A stretch of 48,669 bases of DNA from Bacteroidota bacterium (GTDB lineage: Bacteria; Bacteroidota; Bacteroidia; Chitinophagales; Chitinophagaceae): assembly GCA_043747705.1 (NCBI GenBank), contig JAYTOS010000059.1, forward strand, positions 1-48,669. The letters run 5' to 3'. The notes beneath the pieces were generated by a model. The model ran no database searches. It worked only from the letters and a program-made list of their open reading frames with translations, and was not told the DNA's origin. Position 1 is the stretch's first letter, and the number at the start of each line of letters is the position of its first letter. Below, piece by piece: positions 1 to 8,789 of this stretch. The translations under genes and the position numbers were made by a program.

Positions 1-477
1 TTGTCGTTTATACAAAAAGTTTTTAAAGTAATGAATGATAATCCGCAACATACTTTCCAGGTACTTACCAAAAGAGCAGATATTCTTTACAAGTATCACA
101 AACAGCTTAACTGGACACATAATATCTGGATGGGTGTTTCAGTAGAAGACGAACGGGTTGTAAAGCGTATCGATTATTTACGGAAAACAGATGCGAGAGT
201 TAAATTTCTTTCCTGTGAACCTTTAATCGGGCCTTTGCCTAATCTAAACCTTACGAATATTGACTGGGTAATTGTTGGAGGAGAAAGTGGCCGGAAGCCA
301 AGACCAATGGATGTGGATTGGGTATTGGATATCCAGCAGCAATGTGAAAAAGTAAAAATTGCCTTCTTTTTTAAACAGTGGGGTGGTGTTAATAAAAAGA
401 AAACCGGCCGTCAATTAGGTGGTAGAACCTATGATGAAATGCCAGATATAAGGCATGGTGCAGAAATGGAGTATTGA
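1..477 (+). CDS. DUF5131 family (phage Gp37/Gp68-like) protein, 5' truncated by window edge
   Basis: Motifs [47 protein letters not shown] typical of DUF5131. Confidence 0.85.
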   Translation: MSFIQKVFKVMNDNPQHTFQVLTKRADILYKYHKQLNWTHNIWMGVSVEDERVVKRIDYLRKTDARVKFLSCEPLIGPLPNLNLTNIDWVIVGGESGRKPRPMDVDWVLDIQQQCEKVKIAFFFKQWGGVNKKKTGRQLGGRTYDEMPDIRHGAEMEY

Positions 478-493
478 ATACTGATATTTTGCA

Positions 494-538
494 CCACAGA
501 TTCACAGATGAATGCCGAAAAAAAAAGTGAACCTGTGG
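494..538. repeat. REP-like inverted repeat (CCACAGATTCAC...GTGAACCTGTGG), possibly acting as terminator between convergent genes
   Basis: 12-bp arms with one mismatch; related copy at 25036-25093. Confidence 0.6.
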
Positions 539-547
539 CGCATGAAA

Positions 548-1750
548 TTATTTAAACCGCAGGTTCATCGAAATAATATCCGAATTCATACCAACATTCT
601 TGGTGTAATGCCCATACCGCAGTTCCAACATATTAAAATGGTCTAACCCAAACACACCCTTGGGCGGTGTTAGCCTGATGCCAGCTCCATAGAATTGGCT
701 GTTAAATTTAGACAGGTCATAATTACTTGTAAAATACTGGTCATTTGTCTTATGTGCCTGGTATGGCGCAAAATAATCCACGGCATTCTGTGTGTAATAA
801 CGGTAAAAAGGGGTTACTGAAACAAAGGGCGTAAACTTAATAACTGTTTCTATATTAAATGTATGCGCATCAAGTCCCCAGTCATCTTTGTAATACCGGT
901 AATACCCCCGAAGCACCAGACGATCGCCAAAGAAATAATTAGCACGGAAACCAACAGGTAATTTAAATCGTTTGCCTGGTAAGGTTTCTACTTTTTCACT
1001 ATTGTCAGTAAAGAAAACACGGTGAAAAGGAAGTCCTAGGTAACCATCCTGGTAAATAGCATCCAGTAAAAAGGCTATCTGTAAACGCTGGTTGATGATC
1101 TGCGAATAAGAAAATGAAGTGCCGAATGTGTTTCGCGCGGCAGTAGGGTAATTTTCTCCACGGGGTATAAGGCTGCCCGTTCGGAGCTCCACAGGATAGA
1201 TGAGTTTAAGATTGTCGAGAAACGTGAATAATTTTCCACTGAACTCACCACTCTTGTTTTTTGTTTTTTTCGAAAAGTTTACATTTGCACCGAATGATAG
1301 ATAGTCGAATTCGTAAGAGATAGATCCGCCAGCACCAAAGCTGGTTCCTTTTTGTTCATTCTCAACTGTCCAGTTAGCTGAAGGGTATATACGGGTGTCT
1401 GCGTGTGACGCGGATGAATTGGCTTTCAGATCAATCATATCTGAAGAAGCAGATGTATAATGGTCTACACCCAATTCGAAATCATACGTATGTTTCCTGT
1501 TCTTTTTATCCCACTTGTGCAATTTAAGCTCAAACGAATTCGAAAAATCGTTTAGTTTTTCTGTACCAGTTCCACCGGTAACCGCAGAATTATTTCCATC
1601 CTGTGTATAATAACTCGAAACAATATTGATTTCTTCTATTTTCAAACTACGGCTTTTATAAGCTGTGTCAGCCGCAGGTTTAGTTTGCTGCGAAAAGGCC
1701 GCCAGGATACCAATATATAATCCAATAACGGTTAATGATAATTTTCTCAT
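548..1750 (-). CDS. DUF3570 domain outer-membrane beta-barrel protein
   Basis: Signal peptide, SYYTQDG..SAVTGG and DHYTSASSD motifs, alternating aromatic beta-strands, C-terminal LRFK; context with DUF4266 and ApbE. Confidence 0.8.
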   Translation of the reverse strand: MRKLSLTVIGLYIGILAAFSQQTKPAADTAYKSRSLKIEEINIVSSYYTQDGNNSAVTGGTGTEKLNDFSNSFELKLHKWDKKNRKHTYDFELGVDHYTSASSDMIDLKANSSASHADTRIYPSANWTVENEQKGTSFGAGGSISYEFDYLSFGANVNFSKKTKNKSGEFSGKLFTFLDNLKLIYPVELRTGSLIPRGENYPTAARNTFGTSFSYSQIINQRLQIAFLLDAIYQDGYLGLPFHRVFFTDNSEKVETLPGKRFKLPVGFRANYFFGDRLVLRGYYRYYKDDWGLDAHTFNIETVIKFTPFVSVTPFYRYYTQNAVDYFAPYQAHKTNDQYFTSNYDLSKFNSQFYGAGIRLTPPKGVFGLDHFNMLELRYGHYTKNVGMNSDIISMNLRFK

Positions 1751-1774
1751 TGCATTACTTTACATCATGAATAA

Positions 1775-2014
1775 TTAATTACAGCCGCAGCCACCGCCGC
1801 TTTTTCCTGCATTGGCACCTGAAGCACCCTCCCGGTAAGACTGGAAACTGAGTTCCGTTTTTTCTACTTTTCGATTGCCCAAAACCATTTCGCCATCATT
1901 CAAACGGCTCTTCTGGTATTCTTTCACCGATGTGCAGGAACCCATTAATGTGGCAGTTGCAATACCTACCGCAACCATACCCATAATCTTTGCCTGCTTA
2001 CTTTCTTTGCTCAT
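1775..2014 (-). CDS. DUF4266 small lipoprotein
   Basis: Lipobox LMGSC, YREGASG and C-terminal GGGCGCN. Confidence 0.85.
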   Translation of the reverse strand: MSKESKQAKIMGMVAVGIATATLMGSCTSVKEYQKSRLNDGEMVLGNRKVEKTELSFQSYREGASGANAGKSGGGCGCN

Positions 2015-2976
2015 TGTAGTTGTATGTTTTTGGAAGTAAAAATTTTATTGTTATCATCAATCACTATACAGCCCAGGCCTTTTATCTGGTTAATCATATC
2101 AAGGCCAACAGCAATGCCCATGATCATCACCGGTGTAGCCATGGCATCGGCTATTTCTGCATTAGGACTGATAATCGTAACACTTTTAATACCCGTAATA
2201 GGGAAACCTGTTTTTGGATCAATGGTATGGGAATATTTTTTGCCATTGATCATTGCGAATTTTTCATAATTACCAGAAGTGGCAATGGCCATATTGGTAA
2301 TGTTGAGATGTGAAAAAGCATGTTGCGCATTATCGGGATCAGCAATGCCGATTGTCCAGGGTTTTCCGTCAGGCTGGTATCCCCATGCGGTAAGGTCGCC
2401 CGATGCATTTACGATACCGCTTACCACACCTTTTTGTTGTAATACCTGTTTGGCACATTCGGCAGCATAGCCTTTGCCAATACCACCAAATCCAATTCGC
2501 ATACCTCTTTCTTTCAAAAAAACAGTGTAGTCGGATTCATTGAGAATTATATTTCGGTAGTTAATAAGTCTTACCAATTGTTTGGCTTTTTTTGCATCCG
2601 GTAAGCTGGTCATGGTTTGGTCAAAATTCCAAAACTTCTTATCAAGCGAGCCAAAACTGATATCGAATGCACCTTGTGTTAATTGAGAAATACAGATGGA
2701 GCGCTGTATAATAGTAAAGACTTCCCTGTCAACTTTTACGGGGACGATGCCGGCATTCCTGTTGATAAGATTGGTCTGGCTGTCATCATCAAATGTGGTC
2801 AGCAGTTTTTCTATCCTTTTAATTTCAATAACAGCATCTGTAATGCGGTCATTGGCCCATTGTTCGGCATCAGCAACAACACTTATTTCAAAACGGTTAC
2901 CCATCAGCTTCATTTTTCGCTGATAGATGTGTGATGATGCAGGCAACTCCCTTGTCAATACATTATTTGCTTGCAT
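2011..2976 (-). CDS. apbE: FAD:protein FMN transferase (ApbE), no evident signal peptide
   Basis: LMGN, GAFDIS, GFGGIGKGYA, ATSGNYE, HTIDPKTG, ADAMAT motifs. Confidence 0.92.
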   Translation of the reverse strand: MQANNVLTRELPASSHIYQRKMKLMGNRFEISVVADAEQWANDRITDAVIEIKRIEKLLTTFDDDSQTNLINRNAGIVPVKVDREVFTIIQRSICISQLTQGAFDISFGSLDKKFWNFDQTMTSLPDAKKAKQLVRLINYRNIILNESDYTVFLKERGMRIGFGGIGKGYAAECAKQVLQQKGVVSGIVNASGDLTAWGYQPDGKPWTIGIADPDNAQHAFSHLNITNMAIATSGNYEKFAMINGKKYSHTIDPKTGFPITGIKSVTIISPNAEIADAMATPVMIMGIAVGLDMINQIKGLGCIVIDDNNKIFTSKNIQLQ

Positions 2977-3403
2977 TAATTGCTTTTTTTATGTCCTCAA
3001 CAAATTCTTCTGCTCTCATTTTAGGTATACCATCCCAGGATTTCATAAGTTTGCCATCGGCATTTAGTAACACGGTAAACGGGAAACTGCCAGTTGCATT
3101 ATAGGTATCTGCCAGTTTATCATTTTGTTGCTGTAAGGTTTTGGGTAACTGGTTTTTCTTTTGCCTGGGAAAATCTGCATTTAACAGTACCAGATTGTTT
3201 TCACTAAATTTTGTAAACTCAGGACTTTCAAAAAAATCATGGTGTAATTTAATACAAGGCCCGCACCAGTCAGATCCCGAGAAACTTAATAAAATATAAG
3301 CGTGATTATGGGAGGCATTTATTTTGGCTTTGTCAAAATTGGTCTCCCAGGTCGTGAATGCAGAAAGCAACAGGAATAAAGAAACAGCCGCTATAGTCCT
3401 CAT
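2963..3403 (-). CDS. Exported thioredoxin-family protein
   Basis: N-terminal hydrophobic signal, FSGSDWCGPC active site, cis-Pro loop FPFT. Confidence 0.88.
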   Translation of the reverse strand: MRTIAAVSLFLLLSAFTTWETNFDKAKINASHNHAYILLSFSGSDWCGPCIKLHHDFFESPEFTKFSENNLVLLNADFPRQKKNQLPKTLQQQNDKLADTYNATGSFPFTVLLNADGKLMKSWDGIPKMRAEEFVEDIKKAINASK

Positions 3404-3618
3404 GTGGTATAAAGTTTGCTGGTAAAGCTAATGTTACAACGTTGATCTGTAAAGAGTATTTCTCACCTTAACAAAGGTTTAGATACTTATTGTTGCTTTG
3501 TTCCGATTAAAAGAGCATTAAGTTTTTGCTAAAGAAAACCCAAAGCTGGACTGAACACGATACTGGTCCGTTTCTTATCTAAAAAGAAAATGATGGTCGG
3601 CTTTCAATTGCTAAGCTT

Positions 3619-3626
3619 TATTTTCG
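3619..3626 (+). promoter_or_regulatory. Bacteroidota sigma-A -7 element (TATTTTCG)
   Basis: TAnnTTTG-like octamer about 20 nt upstream of ATG 3646. Confidence 0.5.
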
Positions 3627-3645
3627 CTTCAAACCTGATAATAAC

Positions 3646-5091
3646 ATGGAGGCAGTGATTGAAGCCATTGGCAAATTATTTGAATCAATTGGCACTGGCA
3701 AACCTGCCAGGATCGAAAAACTGCCCCAAAGCGGAAGCGACCGAATTTATTTTCGCATTTATTCCGGCGAAGAAACATGTATTGCCACCTATAACCTTAA
3801 CCGGAAAGAAACACAAACTTTTATTTATTTCAGCCGCCATTTTCTCAATGCCGGGTTACCTGTGCCACAGATATTGGCTGTGAATGAAGAAGATACGATC
3901 TATATCCAGCAGGACCTGGGAACGGAGTCTCTTTTAAATAAACTGGAACAACATGGGCATGGTGAATATGCGTATAGCCTGTTTCAAAAAAGTTTAGCAG
4001 AGCTGGCTCATGTGCAGATATTGGGTGATAAAGGATTAAACTACGATTGGTGCCTCACGGCTAAAGAATTTGGCAAGCAGGCTATTATGAGCGACCTGTT
4101 ATATTTTAAATACTATTTTCTGGATACCCTGCAACTGCCATATGATAAACAGGCGATGCTGGATGATTTTGATGCACTAAGCACCTATTTAACCCGGACA
4201 GAAAATAAATATTTTATGTTCCGCGATTTTCAGAGCCGGAATATTATTGTAAAAGATGATGCGTTAAATTTTATTGATTACCAGGGAGGGATGAAAGGTG
4301 CGTTGCAATACGATGTGGCTTCTTTATTATGGCAGGCAAAAGCAGAACTCAGTGAAGAGTGGAAAGATTCATTGTTGGTCTATTATATAGACCAGGTAGA
4401 TAAATTACTGGAACGACCGGTAGACCGTATCACATTTGTAAGTCAGTACAATGGATACGTATTGATCCGTTTATTACAGGTAATGGGTGCCTATGGCTTT
4501 CGTGGATTGTTTGAGCGCAAAGCGCATTTCCTGGCTAGTATTCCCTTAGCATTGCGGAACCTTAAATTTTTTATTGATGATAAACGAGTGGGTATTGTTA
4601 CACCGGAATTTGATCGTGTATTACGGCTGGTGGTAACAGATGAAATGATACAGCGATTTGAACCCACACAGGCAAATGAACAAACTAAATTAGTTATCGA
4701 AGTAAATAGTTTCAGTTATAAAAAGGGTATCCCGGCAGACCCTAGTGAAAATGGCGGCGGTTTTGTATTTGATATGCGCGCTATCTTAAACCCGGGCCGC
4801 TTTGATGAATACAAAATATTAACCGGGAAAGATAAATCAGTCCTGGATTTTTTAGAACAACGTACAAAAATGAACGAATACCTGAACAGTGTATGGGATC
4901 TCATAGATATTACTGTGGAAGATTATTTAAAACGAGGCTTCAGTCATTTAATGATCAACTTCGGATGCACCGGTGGCCAGCACAGAAGTGTATATGCCGC
5001 AGAACAAACTGCCAGGCACTTGCGGAATAAGTATAAAGTGAAAGTGTTATTAGAACATACCAATAGCCTGAATTGGCGAAAGGAATTATAA
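3646..5091 (+). CDS. AmgK-like anomeric sugar kinase (APH fold) fused to RapZ C-terminal-like domain
   Basis: GSDRIYFR, RDFQSRN, IDYQG, YDVASLL kinase motifs; C-terminal SFSYKKG, VFDMR, NP and FGCTGGQHRSV typical of the RapZ CTD. Confidence 0.8.
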   Translation: MEAVIEAIGKLFESIGTGKPARIEKLPQSGSDRIYFRIYSGEETCIATYNLNRKETQTFIYFSRHFLNAGLPVPQILAVNEEDTIYIQQDLGTESLLNKLEQHGHGEYAYSLFQKSLAELAHVQILGDKGLNYDWCLTAKEFGKQAIMSDLLYFKYYFLDTLQLPYDKQAMLDDFDALSTYLTRTENKYFMFRDFQSRNIIVKDDALNFIDYQGGMKGALQYDVASLLWQAKAELSEEWKDSLLVYYIDQVDKLLERPVDRITFVSQYNGYVLIRLLQVMGAYGFRGLFERKAHFLASIPLALRNLKFFIDDKRVGIVTPEFDRVLRLVVTDEMIQRFEPTQANEQTKLVIEVNSFSYKKGIPADPSENGGGFVFDMRAILNPGRFDEYKILTGKDKSVLDFLEQRTKMNEYLNSVWDLIDITVEDYLKRGFSHLMINFGCTGGQHRSVYAAEQTARHLRNKYKVKVLLEHTNSLNWRKEL

Positions 5092-5099
5092 TGTAAATT

Positions 5100-5816
5100 A
5101 TGAAAGCAATGATTTTTGCTGCAGGATTGGGCTCCCGGTTAAAACCCTGGACTGATCATCATCCTAAAGCTTTGGCGGTGGTGAATGGTAAGACTTTATT
5201 GCAGCGGAACATTGAGTACTTACAAAAATACGGCATTAGTGAAGTAATAGTGAACGTACATCATTTTGCAGATCAGATCATAAGTATCCTTGATAAAAAT
5301 AAAGGATGGGGCAGCTGGGTAACTATTTCTGATGAAACGGATGCAGTATTGGAAACAGGTGGTGGTTTAAAAAAAGCATCCTGGTATTTTAAGAATGAGC
5401 CGTTTTTTGTGGTGATGAATGTTGATATACTTACGGATATGTCTCTCTCAAAAATGATTGAACAGCACCAGCATATGCAACCCATGGCCACATTGGCAGT
5501 GAGCGACAGGAATACTTCACGGTATTTTTTATTTGATCAGCAGAATATGCTATCCGGATGGGAAAATGTAAAAACAGGTGAATTGAAAGTAGTAAAAAAT
5601 GCAGGCCCTCTTTTTCAAAAAGCGTTTAGCGGTATTCACGTAATCAACGGTTCCCTTCTTCCCCTTATTAAACAGCAAGGAAAATTTTCAATGGTAGATG
5701 TGTACCTTGATCTGGCAAAGGAGCATATAATTTCCTGCTATAATCATACCGGCGCTGCATTGATAGATGTTGGCAAACCCGAAAGTATCCTTGCCGCAGG
5801 AACCCTCTTTATTTAA
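5100..5816 (+). CDS. Nucleotidyltransferase, MurU-like (MurNAc-1-P uridylyltransferase)
   Basis: KAMIFAAGLGSRLKP..PKAL, LETGGG, DVG; directly follows AmgK-like kinase. Confidence 0.8.
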   Translation: MKAMIFAAGLGSRLKPWTDHHPKALAVVNGKTLLQRNIEYLQKYGISEVIVNVHHFADQIISILDKNKGWGSWVTISDETDAVLETGGGLKKASWYFKNEPFFVVMNVDILTDMSLSKMIEQHQHMQPMATLAVSDRNTSRYFLFDQQNMLSGWENVKTGELKVVKNAGPLFQKAFSGIHVINGSLLPLIKQQGKFSMVDVYLDLAKEHIISCYNHTGAALIDVGKPESILAAGTLFI

Positions 5817-5825
5817 TCCATTAAA

Positions 5826-6839
5826 ATGAACAAAATCAGGTTCGCCATAATAGGGTGCGGAAAAATTGCAGAAAGGCATGCGGTGCATATCCTGACTTAT
5901 GGAGAATTGGTAGCCGTATGCGATGTGATAGAAAGCAAAGCAAAATTAATGGCTGATGCGTACGGAATTCCTTGTTTTATTTCAATAGAAGATCTTTTAT
6001 CAGCAAGTGTTGCTATAGATGTCGTGGTAATCTGTACACCTAACGGGATACATGCGCAGCAATCGATTTTAGCTTTAAAAAATGGATGCCATATATTGGT
6101 AGAAAAGCCGATGGCATTAACATCGGGCGACTGCAAGCAGATGATCATTGCAGCAGAAAATTCGGGTAAACAATTATTTACGGTGGTACAAAACCGGTTT
6201 AACCAGCCTGTGATGGCCGTAAAAAAAGCATTGGATGATGAAATGTTTGGAAAGCTGTACAGTATTCAATTAACTTGTTTCTGGAACCGGAGCAATGCCT
6301 ATTACAAAGATTCATGGAAGGGCTCGAAAGAGATGGATGGCGGGATTTTATTTACACAGTTCAGTCATTTTATAGACTTGCTGTACTGGTTTTTTGGCGA
6401 TATCAAAAGTGTATATGCTATTTCAAAAAATTCAGCCCATACCAATGTGATAGCTTTTGAAGATAATGGGGTGGCAGCCATCGAATTTGAGAATGGCCTC
6501 GTTGGTACCATTAATTTTTCAATCAATAGTTTTGAAAAAAACCGGGAAGGCTCATTAACTATTCTGGGAGAGAAGGGCATCGTTAAAATTGGTGGCGAAT
6601 ACCTTAACACCATTGAATACCAGGATTTTCAAAATGGGCAACTGGAAAATTTCCGGGATTCCGGCGAGGCAAATGATTATGGTGAATATAAAGGGTCCAT
6701 GAGTAACCATGCTAAAGTTTACCAAAACCTCGTAGGTGCGTTGCAGGAAGCAAAACCATTTTATGCAACCCCGTTCGAGGGACTGAAGACAGTAGAGATA
6801 ATTGAGAGAATTTATCAATCAATAAATAATAACCATTAA
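5826..6839 (+). CDS. Gfo/Idh/MocA oxidoreductase, WbpB/WlbA-like
   Basis: IIGCGKIA, TPNGIH, VEKPM, QNRFN, GGILFTQFSHFID. Confidence 0.8.
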   Translation: MNKIRFAIIGCGKIAERHAVHILTYGELVAVCDVIESKAKLMADAYGIPCFISIEDLLSASVAIDVVVICTPNGIHAQQSILALKNGCHILVEKPMALTSGDCKQMIIAAENSGKQLFTVVQNRFNQPVMAVKKALDDEMFGKLYSIQLTCFWNRSNAYYKDSWKGSKEMDGGILFTQFSHFIDLLYWFFGDIKSVYAISKNSAHTNVIAFEDNGVAAIEFENGLVGTINFSINSFEKNREGSLTILGEKGIVKIGGEYLNTIEYQDFQNGQLENFRDSGEANDYGEYKGSMSNHAKVYQNLVGALQEAKPFYATPFEGLKTVEIIERIYQSINNNH

Positions 6840-6910
6840 TAAAATTCGCCTTTTTGTTTTTGTGAGAAAAAATCTTGACAAGGCGTAAAGACTGAAAGTA
6901 AATTAATAGT

Positions 6911-7363
6911 ATGCCTTATCAATCGTCATCCTCTTCTATCCGAGATGTTAGCTTCGGCAGAAACGTAAACCTGGTGGAGCCGTGTAATGTATATGAATGC
7001 ACGATTGGCGATGATTGCTTTATTGGCCCCTTTGTTGAAATACAAAAAGGCGTTATCATCGGCAGTAACTGCAAGATTCAATCACATAGTTTTATTTGCG
7101 AACTGGTTACTATCGGAAACGATTGCTTTATCGGCCACGGAGTAATGTTTACCAACGATACTTTTAATGAAGGCAAGCCTGCCGGCGATAAAAAATTATG
7201 GAAGCCAACAACCATCGGAAACAATGTTTCAATAGGCAGTAATGCTACCATACTTCCGGTTGCAATATGCGGGCATGTTGTTATTGGTGCTGGTGCTGTA
7301 GTGACAAAAAATATCACAGAGCCCGGCGTATATGCAGGAAATCCCGCAAAAAAAATAAGTTAG
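6911..7363 (+). CDS. Hexapeptide-repeat acetyltransferase, WbpD/WlbB-like
   Basis: Left-handed beta-helix repeats, HGVMFTND, GAGAVVTK, AGNPA. Confidence 0.85.
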   Translation: MPYQSSSSSIRDVSFGRNVNLVEPCNVYECTIGDDCFIGPFVEIQKGVIIGSNCKIQSHSFICELVTIGNDCFIGHGVMFTNDTFNEGKPAGDKKLWKPTTIGNNVSIGSNATILPVAICGHVVIGAGAVVTKNITEPGVYAGNPAKKIS

Positions 7364-7415
7364 GAGTGAAAAGGACGGAGTTAACGGTTGAGTTTATATA
7401 TGCACCCCCTAACGC

Positions 7416-8567
7416 TTACACTTTAATATAAATCTTCTTCTTATCCAGTATATAAACAATGGCCCAATACATAGCAATCATAAAAAGTGCATAAAATAAG
7501 GAACCCCCACGTAGGTCGGTGGCTATATTCTTACAAACATGTTCATAAAACCAGGGAAAGAATGTGGTATACACTTTTTTTCCTTCCGGGGTTACATGAT
7601 CTGTCCACCTTAACATGGCCAGTACCCTTGGCAGGAAGCCGCTTAATACAAAAATGAACAAAGGGTTCTTCCCAAATACATCAAAGAATTTACTCCATGC
7701 ACCTCTGGCTCCTTTGAATTCGACCAGGTATATCAAAACACCCAGGGTCATAATGGCAAGGCCGGTTGTGTAGAGTACATAACTGCTTGTCCATATTTTT
7801 TTGTTTACCGGGAAAACCATATCCCAGCAATAACCTGTAAAAAATAATATTAAACCTGCCACGAACAAATGCGACAGCATTTCGTAGCTTTTTCCCTTTT
7901 GCTGGATGTATTGTCCTACAAAAAAACCAAAAATAACCTGTACAATAGCAGCGGTGGTGCTGGGCAGCCCTTCAGGATCAAAAGGAACACCTTCTCCTTT
8001 ATAAATATGACTAAGGCCTAACAGGTTAATATCTATTTGTGTGCCAAACCATCCCGATAAACTGTAAGGATCGCCGGGGGCACCTGCGTACAGGCAAATA
8101 AACCAATAGGCCAGCAACATGATCCCGCTGATAACAAATGCACCCCTTGTTTTTGCATAATACACAATTACGGAAGCAAAAAAGTAACAAAGGGCAATAC
8201 GTTGTAAAACGCCAAACACCCGCACGTTATGCCAAACTTTCCAGGCAATATTTTCACCATCCCACCTGATGAAAGGACTCCAGTTAAGAAAAATACCAAT
8301 GGCAAAAATGAGTAATGTCCTTTTGATCACTTTCTTCCAGAATACTGCCGGGCCGGCCTGTTCGAAACGGGGCATTACAAAAGCCATGGCATTTCCAACG
8401 GCAAATAAGAAAAAAGGAAAAACGAGGTCGGTAGGTGTACAACCATGCCAGGCAGCATGCTCCAGTGGAGAATAAATATGTGCCCAGGTTCCGGGATTAT
8501 TAACCAGTATCATCAGGGCAACGGTTGCGCCTCTGAAAACATCTAAAGAATAATAGCGTTGGTTCAT
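7416..8567 (-). CDS. HGSNAT/NagX-like membrane protein (DUF5009-like)
   Basis: SLDVFRG, HAAWHGCTPTDLVFPFFLF, GVLQRIA, DPEGL, KKIWTSSY; multiple TM helices. Confidence 0.85.
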   Translation of the reverse strand: MNQRYYSLDVFRGATVALMILVNNPGTWAHIYSPLEHAAWHGCTPTDLVFPFFLFAVGNAMAFVMPRFEQAGPAVFWKKVIKRTLLIFAIGIFLNWSPFIRWDGENIAWKVWHNVRVFGVLQRIALCYFFASVIVYYAKTRGAFVISGIMLLAYWFICLYAGAPGDPYSLSGWFGTQIDINLLGLSHIYKGEGVPFDPEGLPSTTAAIVQVIFGFFVGQYIQQKGKSYEMLSHLFVAGLILFFTGYCWDMVFPVNKKIWTSSYVLYTTGLAIMTLGVLIYLVEFKGARGAWSKFFDVFGKNPLFIFVLSGFLPRVLAMLRWTDHVTPEGKKVYTTFFPWFYEHVCKNIATDLRGGSLFYALFMIAMYWAIVYILDKKKIYIKV

Positions 8568-8789
8568 GGCAAGTAGTTGTGCTTATGAAGATAAGAAAGA
8601 TAGCAGGATATTCTCCTGGTATTTGTAAGGCCAATACCTCTAAAATAAATCCACACACGATAGAAGATTGTATTTGCGTGAAGATAAATCCTAATATTTG
8701 CCAAAATCTGTTTATGATCTCCTCATAATGTTGTCTGCTGGGTAGATTTATTGTTACTTTGGCAGGTAAGTAATTTTATTTTTTAAATT

